A stretch of 64,000 bases of DNA from Haliotis cracherodii (lineage: Eukaryota), in NCBI RefSeq assembly GCF_022045235.1, contig NW_027266264.1:76136001-76200000 (forward strand), read 5' to 3'. The position numbers and the translations under genes were made by a program. The notes beneath the pieces were generated by a model. That model saw only the letters and a program-made list of their open reading frames with translations, was not told the origin of the DNA and searched no databases. Below are positions 49,301 to 62,581 of this stretch, piece after piece. Position 1 is the stretch's first letter. Every line of letters begins with the position of its first letter.

Positions 49301-50060
49301 AGAATAAATACGCAAATAGAAATAGCTTGCAATAGGATTATCTAAATGTGTAGAGTTAAAAAAGGAAAAGATGAAAAACACACATAATTTGTTGGATGGA
49401 CTGGGAAAGATGTGATGAATCGTCACATCTCACTGGCCTGTAGCAGAGACTGACGGCAAGAACTAGGGGTACTTTGAGTTTCTTTTTGTTATTAATGTGT
49501 TTAATGCCCAGTTCAAAGGAACTGGATACTTTTGTATTTGTTTTCCCCTCGATCTTTCAATTACCCCCTTCTTACTTTTGATTTCCCTCTAACTGTATAG
49601 AAACAAATCAAAATATCAATATAATTAAATAATGTATATGATAAATTAGTGGAAATGTTTATCACAAAGGGTAATTACATTAAAGGAAATATTTCCCTTC
49701 TCTCTTATTTCCTCGAAACACGTCTCGACAACTGAAGTCTGACGTTAAATATATATTATGAGAACGTGCGGTCGGTATTAATAGTACTGTAATGTTTGGA
49801 ATAATGAGGAATAAATGCCTTTTAGGAAACCACGTGATAAATCACATACGTGTACAGTGATGAAAATATCTTGCTGGGTCATAAATATGCATACCTTTTG
49901 GTGAGGACAGCACCTGTTCTTGCATAAGGTCGTGTGTGAACTTTGTTTAAGGAAGTCAGCAATAGTCCCGCTTTTGCACGCCTGTAAATAACCAGGCATG
50001 TCCCAATCAAGCCAACCAGCAATTGCCTCCATGAGCAACGACCCTGGTAAATATGATGTA

Positions 50061-51585
50061 TACTCACACGCAAAACGCAAGTGGTTTTAAGCAAATAGGT
50101 AACAAACACGGAACCATAAATTGATACGAGTTTTAGCATGTAGTGAAGCCTGATGGTGTTATCAATATTTTTGGTTGCATTTTGGAAGCCCCGAGTAAAA
50201 ACGCAACATAAAAAACGAATCGCCAAAACGCACCATTTCAATGAATCTGTGGGTATCATGCACCCATTTCTCGCGAAATCGAAAATGCACGAACTGTCAC
50301 GAACTGTCGTGGGTATAAAACTGTGGCCGATTCTTGGACCTACCACTCCTTGATCAACAATGCCACGCCTAACTCAAATTCAGAGAAACCAGGCTATCGG
50401 ACGTTTAGAAGCTTGAGAGTCTGTCCAAGTTGCCCGCCATTTCAACGTTAACATAACCACAATTTACCGTCTCCTGCATCGATACAATGCTACACAGACC
50501 ACAGATGACCTTCCTCGGAGCGGTCGTCCGAGAGTCACCACAGCTCGACAAGATCGGCAGATTACCTGTCAACGCCAGCGACATCCGTTCCTAACTGCAA
50601 GCGAAAGTGTTCGACAGGCCATAGGAACACACAATCGAAACATTAGCCGGGACACTGTGATCCGTCGTCTCCGTTCCAACAACCACAGATGTCGCCGACC
50701 AGCACGTCGTCCTGTTCTCCAAACACGGCATCGACAAGCACAACTTCAGTGGGCACAGAGTCATCGCTATTGGCGTCATCGTGAGTGGAGGCGTGTCATC
50801 TTCTCTGATGTAAGTCGCTTTTGTGTCTCACATGCAGACGGAAGAGTCAGAATTTGGCGGCGTCGAGGTGATCGTTTCGCTGACAGAAACGTTGTGGAAA
50901 GGGATCCATTGGGTGGACCTAGCGTCATGATATGGGCAGGGATTGGACTTAATGCGAGACTTGGACCCATGTGCTTTCTGAATGTTGGTCAAGGTCGGGG
51001 ACACGGCGTCACTGCTCAGCAGTATATCGACCAAGTGATCATACCCCACGTTGTTCCATTTTTTGCACAACATCAACAACACATTTTCCAGGACAACGCC
51101 CGTCCCCATGTTGCCTGAGCTACCATGGCCTTTCTGCAACAACACAACATCCGTGTTCTACCGTGGCCAGCCCTCAGCTCTGATCTGAGCCCCATCGAAC
51201 ACTTGTGGGATGAGGTTCAAAGGCATCTGCACAATGTGCGCCCAGTCCCTACAACTGCCGATGAACTTCGCACAGCTGCTCTGAATGTGTGCAGGAGGAT
51301 CCCTAGGGCCTTCACAAATCGTCTGATCCACTCCATGTACAGGAGATGTGTGGCAGTGATCAATGCTAATGGTGGTCACACCAGGTATTGACTGACATTT
51401 TGGGTATTGACCCGAAACTGTGTAAGCCCTTAACATTTAAAAAACCCAATTATGTCATCTGCGTTTTAATCCATTAAACTGTCTTCAGTCAAATTTTTGT
51501 CAATCTTGCCCTATTAGTATTTCTTGTGTTCACTGTTGAAAATAAATACTGCATACTCGACTTGCGTTTCTTTTGCGTGTGAGTA
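50061..51585 (+). mobile_element. Near full-length Tc1 (DD34E) element with inactivated transposase (~50360-51391)
   Basis: TIRs TACTCACACGCAAAA / TTTTGCGTGTGAGTA. Motifs FSDVSRF, QDNARPH and SDLSPIEHLW, with 34 residues between the second D and E. In-frame stops, e.g. 51116. Confidence 0.9.
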
Positions 51586-52438
51586 TCTGATTTTAATTTA
51601 AACCCTTATGAGGAAGTCGCTGGCATCATGAATCATATACCCATGTCCGTACTACACATCTTCATGTACTGTGGACATGTTCTGTACAGCCTGCTGGAAC
51701 ACATGCCCTCAGGTACACATTGTTGTACATGTTATTTAATCAAGTGAAAGAAAAGGGATAAATCACATTTGTATCATGTTTACAATCTGAGCATCTGTGT
51801 CAAATGATAAATAGAGATAATTAATATCCGAGCACGTGTGTCATGCTGATTTTACGTCACAATAAGATTCAAATGACGTCAACAATGCACTGGTTGAACT
51901 GGTTGAACAAAATAATAATGCATAACACTGCCAATGTCTTGCCCAGTATTATCATCTTCAACTCAACCAAACAAGTAACAGACATCTTCATTACGTTCCA
52001 TCGGTGCTTAGATGATGCAGCAACGCGAAATACGCTTTGCTACCACCGAGTCAATATGGCACATGATTTCAGATTGGCCCTACAAACATCGCACAGCCAT
52101 TTCCTTAATCATGAGTCCATTGTGCGATTCCGACCACATCGGATCACCATCAACTAATGATGATACCGGCTGTTCCGAAATGGTGAGCGGATCCTGCCTC
52201 ACCGGTGGCACAGGTCACAAACACATGCAAAGTCAAGTGTAAGTAAGTGAGCGAGCGAGTAGGGTTATACACCACTTTCAGTAACATATATATCCCGGCA
52301 GGGAACATCAGAAATGGGCTTCACATATTGTACTCATGCATATATCAAAACCGGGCTTCGGCGTGACACAAGGCTTCCCCACCGCCCCCACCTCAACAAA
52401 CACGGAAACATAGGGTATACGGAAGGAACATGTGTTAT

Positions 52439-53662
52439 TTATGTTGTGTTAGAGATGCGCGTTTCTGGAAGCTGGTGCTGACTTTGAAGCTGTGAGTCCT
52501 GAGTTTCAGATGTTTGCTCCCCAGAATTCCAGGCACAGAGAACACGTTTAAAATGTCTCCTGAACATAGATGAAGTGAAGCTGTATACAAATTGATTGAT
52601 GGCACAGTTGAGAAACATCAAGTTCACAGCAAGGTCAAAGGTTTCAATCTGTGCATGGGACAAATTATACATGTCGAATTTAACCAAACTGAAATATACA
52701 GTAAGGACAACACTTGGCGCCGACGAGAGTAGAAACACCACAGTAAGAACAAAGAAGGTTATAGTTGCTGTCCTGGTTTTATCCCTGCTAGAATTCTGTG
52801 TGGAGCGAAGACTGGCAGCTCTATCCCTGTTGTGAGTTCTAAGTGCTTTGACAATAGCACTATACAACACAGTCAGAGTTGCAGTTATTCCTATTAGCTC
52901 AACGCAAACCCAGGTTGCAAGCATGATCGACTGAACTGTTAGTTTTGTATATGAGCTAAACTCACAGATGGGCACGAGAACAAAGTCGCTTCCCCTTTCA
53001 ATACACATCAACGTGTCTCTTACGAAAAATATGTGTGGCGTGCTCGCTATTGCAGAAACACAGATTGAAATTAGGCAAAGTTTTTTCGCAAGCATTTCTG
53101 ACATCTGCGAGTTGTATGGTTGGCATACTTTCTTGTATCTTTGAACTGCAATGATGATGAATATTAATCCAGAATTAAGAGTGTTAAAGTGCTTCACGAA
53201 TGTCATCACTTGGCACAAATGTCCGGCATCAACATCATCAGGGGAGGTAAGTCGGGAAATCAGCGTAGTTGGGACAGCAACCACTGTAGAAACCAGGTCA
53301 AAAACAGCCAAAAGTTTAACAAAGAATCCAAAAATATGTATTCGTATTTTCCGAGTGTATATATACAACACCAATATGTTTCCAAATATTCCAACCACCA
53401 GAATGAGGAGCATGAACATCATCGTCGGAGCATGGAATATAAACCGTTCCCTGGTTGTAAGAGTAATTGATCTGTTCTGGCATGTAATCTTGAAGAGTGC
53501 TGTTGTTTCGAGGAAAGAAGAAGAACGTCTGTAGTCGCACACTGTATGTACTCTGTTAGTAGTATGCTGGACCAGCGTATACTGAGCTCGCTGTACACTG
53601 TTAGCAGGATGTGGGGCTGGTGGATACTGGACTGACCCTTCACTGTTAGGACTATGTGTCAT
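52439..53662 (-). CDS. GPCR-5: rhodopsin-class orphan GPCR with ancestral ATG mutated to ATT and NPxxY>NQxxY; possibly an incipient pseudogene
   Basis: Open 7TM frame. The homologous start at 53488-53486 is ATT. In-frame ATGs exist upstream at 53662 and downstream at the start of TM1 (PTMMFML). Confidence 0.75.
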   Translation of the reverse strand: MTHSPNSEGSVQYPPAPHPANSVQRAQYTLVQHTTNRVHTVCDYRRSSSFLETTALFKITCQNRSITLTTRERFIFHAPTMMFMLLILVVGIFGNILVLYIYTRKIRIHIFGFFVKLLAVFDLVSTVVAVPTTLISRLTSPDDVDAGHLCQVMTFVKHFNTLNSGLIFIIIAVQRYKKVCQPYNSQMSEMLAKKLCLISICVSAIASTPHIFFVRDTLMCIERGSDFVLVPICEFSSYTKLTVQSIMLATWVCVELIGITATLTVLYSAIVKALRTHNRDRAASLRSTQNSSRDKTRTATITFFVLTVVFLLSSAPSVVLTVYFSLVKFDMYNLSHAQIETFDLAVNLMFLNCAINQFVYSFTSSMFRRHFKRVLCAWNSGEQTSETQDSQLQSQHQLPETRISNTT

Positions 53663-54354
53663 ATATAACGACTATTTGTGTATATAACGCCCTGTCATTT
53701 CCCACTGGAGACAGGACCTGCACATGTTGACTTGAATCAAGGAAACGTGTGTGTCATTGCATTCGGGAAGTAATATGACTTGTAACACTCGTTTCGTAGT
53801 GAATCTATCTTTGTATCTTTAAGTTATCACATTGTTCTGCAATTAGTTTGCACGAAAAACTGACGTCTTGATCATTACTTACTTCCAACAATCTTGAAGA
53901 GATTTCATAATTAGGATTATGGAAATTGTTTTTATAAGTTTTTTTACAGCAACCATAGTAATACAGACGTCTTGACCATTAAAGGCATGTTGGGACAGTT
54001 TCGGCAGTATTGTATCATTTATTTAAAAAATATCACCAGCAGTCACTTTATATGAACAAATCTGCATCTGTACATGTGTTTTAACATCTGTATCTATGGT
54101 AAATGAATCCATTAGTAATGAGAGAAAATGTTATTAAATGGCGGACGACAGACAGTCATTTCATACACTGTTACATGGTAGCGTATTTTATTGTCAAATA
54201 ACGATTGTAGTAAATGTAGTACTCTTTTATGAAAGCAGTGGGGGGAAGTTACTATATTTAGATGCTAGTGTGACTGAGATGGATCTAGTTAGACCATCTA
54301 TAAGACCATCTATAAGGGGACAAGAGCGTGCCTCTCGCATTTTTCACACATTTC

Positions 54355-54760
54355 CTCTCACATTTCGTTACATCGAGACCAGCCTCCCTCTTCCACTATC
54401 AAACGGGTCCTCTGTCTTGCTGTAATCCAACCCAATGCCATAACGCTGCCGCCCCCGAACCGATCTTCTTCCACGACACAATGATTGACGTAACGTTCAC
54501 CTGGACGTCGGTACACACGAATCCGTCCATCGCTGTGGCTGAGGTGAAAACGAGACTCGTCAGTGAATAGAACTTGTCCCCACTGCATGGCCGTCCAGCG
54601 TAGACGCTGTCTGCACCTCTGTAGACGTGCCTGACGGTGGTTTCCTGACAAAATCGGACACCTGGCGGGTCTTCTGGCGACAATTCCTGCACATTTGAGG
54701 CGACGACGTACGGTTTGTAAAGATATTCGTCGAAGGCCAGGGATGCTTCTTGAAACAATG
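54355..54760 (-). pseudogene. Tc1 transposase fragment (duplicate of 29380-29780)
   Basis: Near-identical peptide on the opposite strand. Confidence 0.85.
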
Positions 54761-56445
54761 CATATGGAATCCCGTTAACGCACATGTTTTTATATCAATT
54801 CTTGGGTAGTGAAATGCATGGGGCTTGCATAAAAGTCAACTTTTGCAAAGAATGCATGCTTTTCTGTAGCAGTTGCGTTTCTATGATTTGATTCCAATAG
54901 TGTACTATAATATTGAAAACCAAACTTCACTTGTTTGAAAAATACACGAGAATATTGGTGTCACAGGAACTTTTGTTGTTGAGTATAGTTGCAGTTATTT
55001 TATGTGTACCTAGTGAATTGTGTGATACATTTGTTGAGTGTATACCACTTGTTGGTTGTTTGTTGGTTTCATTCCAAACTCTTTTACGTACAGATTTCTG
55101 GGTTAACATATTGTTTCAATTTGGGAATCGACACGTAACAACACTGACTGATGAGCTACGATGGAAAACAATGTCGGTTAGTTTTTCATGCTTGTATTAA
55201 ATTGAGAATGATACAGTGTAAAGTTTTACGTTATTGTTTGTTAATACAGCAGCCTCAAAAATGTGAAATTGTGACCACCTAATACAAAGCATTAAGTACA
55301 CTGAATCCACAGAGGTTGTAAGTTTGGCATGACATTCGGGTGCATTAGAGGATGGTACACAGTCAGTCCGTCACAGCTGAGATTCTTCCAGACGGTGCCC
55401 AATCCAAGTATTGTCCATCACAGTGGTCTTTGTAAGGTACCAAGTAGTTGCCCCCGACGGCGTGTCCAAGCCTTCATGGATCAAATGATAATGTCGTTAA
55501 CTCATAATGCCAATGACTCGATTGTCTGGTCCGAATTCGATTATTTACAGACCGCCGTCATTTAGCTGGGATATTGCAGAGTGCAAAGAAACAAACAAAC
55601 AAACATAATTTATGTTTGAGACAGAATAATTTTAGTCAACGCTTCAAAACATATACTTGTCTCAGGAAGGAGGAGTTTTTTACATTGAATAAATTATACT
55701 TTGGTAAAAAACACCAAATGCACATTTCGTGAGCAGATAAATCTTTTTCAAACAATGTTTGGAATGTTTAACTGTTCTGAACCTTTCTACCCAGTCACGG
55801 TAGCCTGTGACGTGATACCGAGATTGACGCAACATTCAGTAATGGCCAAATATAGGTTTTTCAATATGGCTGACAAATTGGGATGTCATCATTGGTGGGA
55901 ACAAGTATGTCAAATTTCAGGAAATTCGTCTCAAGTTTCTGACGAGATAACGTTAACAGTGTGATGACATGTATTTTCTGGCAATTTTGGAGCATGGCCG
56001 AAGTGTGAAGCTCAAAAAAGGGTCAGAGTTTAAAATGGCACACAACTCTGACTACAGATTTATCACATTTAATTACAATTTGAGGTGAGGCAAGATGGAA
56101 TGGAGTTTATATCGCGTTGAAGATAATTGTATAGCAACGTGCATGCGCATGCGTGTATGTTATGTTTGTGCATTGCTGCTTGTACAAGTTCGAAATTATG
56201 CTGATTTGTTTAATGACCACTGAAACCCGTGAAGATCCGGGGTAGAATAGGTCTTCAGCAACTTCAGTAAAAGGCGACTTTGCTTGTCGTAAAAGGCGAC
56301 TAACGGGATCGGGTGTTCAGGCTCGCTGACTTGGTTGATGCATGTCATCGTATCCCAATGGCGTGGATCGATGCTCAAAACGTCAGTCACTGGATTGTCT
56401 GGTCCAGACTCGATTATTTACAGACCGCCGTCACATAGCTGGAAT

Positions 56446-56631
56446 ATCAATCCATTTGTATACAGCTTCACTTCATCTGTGTTCAGGAGACATTTTAAAC
56501 GTGTTCTCTGTGCTTGGAATTCTGGAGAGCAAACATCCGCAACTCAGGACTCACAGCTTCAAAGTCATCACAGCATTCCAGAAACAAGCTTCTCTAACAC
56601 AACAAAAAGAACATCCATGCTTGTCCCTTGA
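56446..56631 (+). pseudogene. GPCR-6: 5'-truncated fragment (TM7 INPFVY to stop) duplicated from GPCR-4
   Basis: INPFVYSFTSSVFRRHFKRVLCAWNSGEQ...SMLVP* fused to a SINE at 56446. Confidence 0.9.
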
Positions 56632-59600
56632 CTTGAACATAAATCATGTTTCCGTGTTTGTTCAGGTGATCAAGTGGTAGTGACGGCTGCCACAGGTGGG
56701 GCAGGACACACTCACCTTTTCGCGAACGCCTAGTATCATCACAGACTGAAGGTCATTCGTAAACATATTCTTGTGATGTGGTTGGAATCGTGCAATGATT
56801 ATGGAAAAGGTTGTGCCATGTTTGTAGGATGAATCTAACATCATGTGAACACGTGCAGCATCGTACAATGGATTCTGCTTTAGTCAGAGATTTCTGCGGC
56901 GTAAGGCAACAAATAAACACTTACATTGTATGAACATTGTGAAAAGGACGCATGTTACCTGGTAGTGGAAGACATGCTTACCCTTTTAGCGAGCGAACAC
57001 CTCGTGTGATCTGTCATCCATTCATGTAACTTTCAGTCCACTGGAACCTATTTCGGCAAATATTTGGGACTGATTATTCTCTGGCGTTGGTGTTTTATAG
57101 ATCATGATTAAGAAAATGGTTTTGTTGCTTTTATTGAAGGTCCTGGAATTGTATAATGAGATGACGACCATGTCGATATTGCGGTAGATTTCTTACTCAT
57201 ACTTTACTTTACTCATACTTTATAATTATTGTTTATTCTTTTTGAGAGCAAGCTTAATATTTTGTGCTTTTTTGGATTTGTTAACGTGTGCTTTATTGTA
57301 ATGTCAACTGATTATATTTTTACTTGAATATAATTGTTCCCTTTAGTTGATAACAATATTTGTAGTGTTCACCGGTGACATTCAAAATGAAAATGGAGAT
57401 ATATGTTATTATACACAATGTGAAGAGAGGTATGAAATAAAAACAGATTTTCGTACAAATTAAGGTATTAAAAAAGCTGTTTTGAAATGCATAAAGTTTG
57501 GGGTAAAATATCGAGCCAGATTAATGGAATGCCCATTCACACCATTTAATATAAGAGTGCTAAATAATAAACAAAAAGGAAGTATAATGGTTTAGCGAGC
57601 TCTACTGGACTCAAGCTTTTCTAAAACAGATAGCCAAGAAAGCTGGGGGAAAGTGTTCAGTAAACAGTATAAAATTGCTGTTCAAGAAACTATTGACCTA
57701 ATGACCTACAGATGTACAAATAGTGTTGACATGAAATGTGTCATGATGCCAATATCTGGATTGATGTGACTGATTGGCTTGGTAATATTTCAGAGAGAAG
57801 AATACATTTTCAAATGAAAACATTATATTTGGATTCACGGGCACAAGTAATCATCCCCGAAATGCTATCTTGTGAATCGAGGAACAAACCATATACACAG
57901 CAAGTCGTAATTAAGGTAAACCTCATTTCAAACAAATCAAAAGAGAAATACTCAAATATGATCAGATAACCATGCTTACTGTCATCGCGAACAGTAACCA
58001 GGTTTTTTTATGCATTTTGGTCATCCAGACGTTGTTCTCATATACTACTCGCAAAAACAAAGCGTTACAGTGAATACTGAATAATAACCTCCTTTCAATA
58101 AGTAATATATGTATAAGTACATGTTTTGTCTATCGTGTGTACCTGCGTCTCTGAGTGTGTGGGTATGCAAGTAACATTTACGTATGAAGTAAACCTAAAA
58201 TGTACCAAAGCCTCTCCGATGTTTTAGATGATCTGAAGCATGTTGTTAACCTGAAGAGCACAGGAATATCCACCCCATATCTGTATCCTGATGTAACATC
58301 GGGGATCCGGAAATATTTTTTGGCCAATCAGACATTTGCATTTGGCCACGCCCACGTCATATCTATTGTTGAATGTTCATGCATGAATAAAAGAATAAAC
58401 TATTCTCTTCTAACATGGCAATAAGTGCCGGCAACGATTTCGCACATTTGTCGATAGCTTTTTGTCATTGAAAGCCATCTAAACTTGCGGACGGACCTCT
58501 GAAGGGCGCACATGGGGTTCATCTAGTAAGTCCTGCCACATTTGCAAATTAGATAGATTCTTGGGCGAGCGACTAAAATATGCCAACAAAGTGTTCAATA
58601 TTGATTTATATTAACTGACCTCTTTTACAGTCTTCGCAACATCTACACATGCTAATGCTAATCGGTGAGCAACACAATGCATCTCTACTAGACGTGGGCA
58701 AAAGTCTTTCATGCTTGCGGCCACCCCAGCACTTCTACCTTCTACCTAACATGACAGCGGCACCATCGGACCCCATTCCATATACTCTCCCCAAAGAAAG
58801 TCTAACATTCTTAAAATAAGCTAACAATGACGCAGTAATCGGCTGTATATCTGCAGCATCCGTTACAGTAAAATGCATGTGCAACGTCGTATTTGGTCCT
58901 AAATAACTATTACTACAACATGTGTTGTAAATAAATCCCAACTATTCTGATTTTTTCTTATTTTGTCATATATTACCTGCAAATAAAGTTTAAATGCGCC
59001 TGGCCTCGATATTGATTGTATGGAAGTCCATTAGGGCCATGCCATTTTGTTAATGATCTCTTATATGCCGTTACACACATGTACAGATTTCATAATCCAG
59101 TAATCTTATTATAATGGTTTTCATATAACTCCATTTTAACAATAAATTACGAAGTATTTGCATATTTGTATTGTAAAAAACAACAAAGTCACGAAATTGT
59201 ATTTTCATAACAGGAGATGTCCCCGCAATGTTGCACAAGTGATCTATCCTGTTATACCTAATCAGTTTAGATCAAATCAATTCCCTTTGTTTAAAGGGGT
59301 AGAATAGGTCTTCAGCAACCCATGCTTGCCGTAAAAGGCGACTATGCTTGTCGTAAGAGGTAACTAACGGGATCGGGTGGTCAGGCTCGCTGACTTGGTA
59401 TGTCATCGTCTCCCAATTGCATGGATTGATGCGCATGGTGTCAATCACTGGATAGTCTGATCCAGACTCGATTATTTTCAGACCGGCGTCATATAGCTGG
59501 AATATTGCTGAGTGCGGCGTTAAAGAACCAACAAACCAATTTTTACAGCTACTTGCAGGTGTTGGAAAAGGCGTATATCGGAGATTGCTGAATGTGAAAC

Positions 59601-62581
59601 AAAACGAACTCTCCCAGCAGGCACAACTATGTGCTTCAACCTTGAAATGATTACAACGTAATGTGATTTTTGGATGGATTTGGAAGTTGTGACGGTGTTG
59701 AAATGTCGACGTTGAATCAACATCAGATATCAATGTTGAAATAATGTCGTGCATCAAAGTGGATGGTTTGTTGCATTGATACATTCATCTTGCACTACAT
59801 AATCAGGTCAAATGGACTCCCAAACTCTACTCCTACTCCTAGTCCGGGTTGCACCTTCCAAGGCACTAGAGGGCACTGACTGAGGTAAAGGGTTCATATC
59901 GTGTCGTGGGCATGCTGATTTCTCCACATTGGAGACCAAGTCGTGGTTCAATTCGGGTGAAATGATGCATGTTGCGAGAGTCCAATGTCACTTATGGACG
60001 GTCAGATAACCACTGGGTTATCGCCAGACAAACACAAGACAACAAACGACAATATTTTCATTGAAAAGAAAATACAACCTTTGAGTGACACCATAACATG
60101 AAAGAATTCAATATAAAACTGGTAAAACCCAAACTGTCCCGCAGATAAGTTCGTGCACTCCATAGCAAAGTCATATTAGGGAAAACATCTGTAAGAGCCA
60201 TCCTAAAAGTCTATAGCCTTTCGCACATCTGTGATTTGGCCCAATTCAGTATTTTAGCACATCCCACGAGCGTCTCCTGATGTCGAGTATCTTACGTCAG
60301 TTCGGAACACATCCAACTAGGAATACTGCACAATGTACTTTTCAGCATAAAAGATGCATCATCTCCGTTAGTCCGTCACAGACATCTGCTCTCCTCGTCC
60401 GGTCGACACACTGGAGAGAAAAAGCAAAACTCTTATTAATATATAAAGATAACCATGATGAATAAACCAAACTTAAAGAATAAAATTATTATCCACATAT
60501 ATCGACAGTATTGTGGCAAATACAGCTAGATTACGGAACTCAACGAAACAACAGTTATCAAGCACATGAAGTCAACGTTAGCGTGTACTGCATAATATAT
60601 TCGTAAAGAAGAAAAAAAACACCCATCTGTGCATATAGACAAGTGGTGACACTCGCCATTTTGGTTCATATTCAAGATTTCGCACTCGGTTTGCATTACA
60701 CCTCGATATCACTTATTTTAGCCTATCGACACTTGGTTGGTTGGTTGGTTGGTTGGTTGGTTGGTTGGTTGTTTAACGCCGCACTCAGCAATATTCCTAC
60801 ATAATCTGTGATCACCTTACCTCGTATTTATTTTAAGAACGATTGGTTCAAAATATAAAAATGGTGGATCCTAATATTAGCCTTCTTGCAAAATGTTGGG
60901 TTTGACAAGGAAACCTATGTCGTATAATTAAACATGGTAAGGTGAGAGATTGCTTTGCCCAAATATGCGACAGGAATGTTCAGGTTAAATTAAATGTAAG
61001 ATGTTCTGGCAGTTTCGGTAATAAAATTTTCTCATGTCAGTATTTTTTTTCGTAGTTAAGTAAGTTTAATACAAATATTTAATTATCATCGTTAAACCAA
61101 ATGTATGGATAGGGAAATAGGAAGTAAATGTTTGAAACATTATCATTTGGTACAAAACAGAGTTTAGAGTCCTTAAATATATTGATTCCAACAAACGACA
61201 AAAAATAATATGCAGAATATATCGTTGAATTTGCAACATTGAAAAATGTCATATGCCTGCTGGGTTATAAAATAAAAGACAGTTATTTAATTGCAGTAAA
61301 TAGACTGCCATTGTCGCACGAAAGATAAAACCATTGCCTCTTTTCATTGTCAGTGAGAAGCCGTGTAGTAGTTTGGAGGTTCGTTCACGTCTCATACCTC
61401 ATGAGTTCGAAGAGGAAACAATTCCATATGACGCTGCTTTCAAGCTCAAGGTGGTTCCTTTGCTGAAAGTTGGAGTTAGAGGAAACTGAATGGCACTCAC
61501 ACTTGCACCAAGAGCAACATAAGAGCGACATATATAAAAGAACGTCCCTACCAGCTGTTGCCGAGTTGGTCCAGACAGCCTGGAAACAAGTACCAGAAGA
61601 CATGGCGCTGCAAAGTTTTCTCAATAGCAGGATATCAAACTCGATGGATGGACCCCAGGACCATTTTTCGATATAGTAATATATGAAGAGATGTTCAATG
61701 TTACCAGGAAGACATAGTTCCCTGAACTAACTAAACTGACATGTCCATCTCTTCCATATGTCACATTGGGACAGATGGTGCAAGATTTGGGCTAGGCTCA
61801 AGCATAATGAGTAAGAAAAGCGTTCACTTATTTGACACATTGTATTTTTTTTTGCCATTTCTGTCTGCACCCCATGAAGATCCAGCAACCCATGCTTGTC
61901 GTAAGAGGCGACAAACGGGATCGATATGGTTTGGCTCGCTGACTTGGTTGATGCATGTTATCATATCCCATTTGAGTAGATCAATGTTCATGATGTCAAT
62001 CCCCAGATGGACTCCATTATTTACAAACCACCGTCATATAGCTGGAATAGTGCTGAGTATCTAGAGTTCAATACAATAGAGGACCATGTCTGTCTTGTCA
62101 AAGGAGCAACAAAGGGTGAAAAATAATCACAGTACCATTGTTGAAGTCATTCAGTTTCTTAAATACCAAGGTGCTATTTCAAAAGTAAATGATTAGCCTT
62201 TTCCCGTTTGGAGAACAAGATGACTCTAATATAATGTAAATTAGTCAAATTGGCGTTGATGATTCCTGGAATAAACAATCTGAAAATTTTGCTTTCGAAA
62301 TGATACAGCTTCGTTCATGGTATCACTCACTCAATCACTCACTCACTCACTCACTCACTCACTCGTGTGATATCGTGTTGATATGAACCAAGTCATTAAG
62401 TTTCCTGCATTATGTCAAAAGGAAGTACCCACCATTTCCTCGTTTCACATGAATATTTACCTGTAATCTGTTGTTATCTGCTAACCTGCTGATACCCACA
62501 ATGCCCTCAATACTTGCTGTACACGATCAGATCGAGAGGTATACGGTCCTTCTGCCCTGTAGAGAAAAGTTTCCCGTCACC

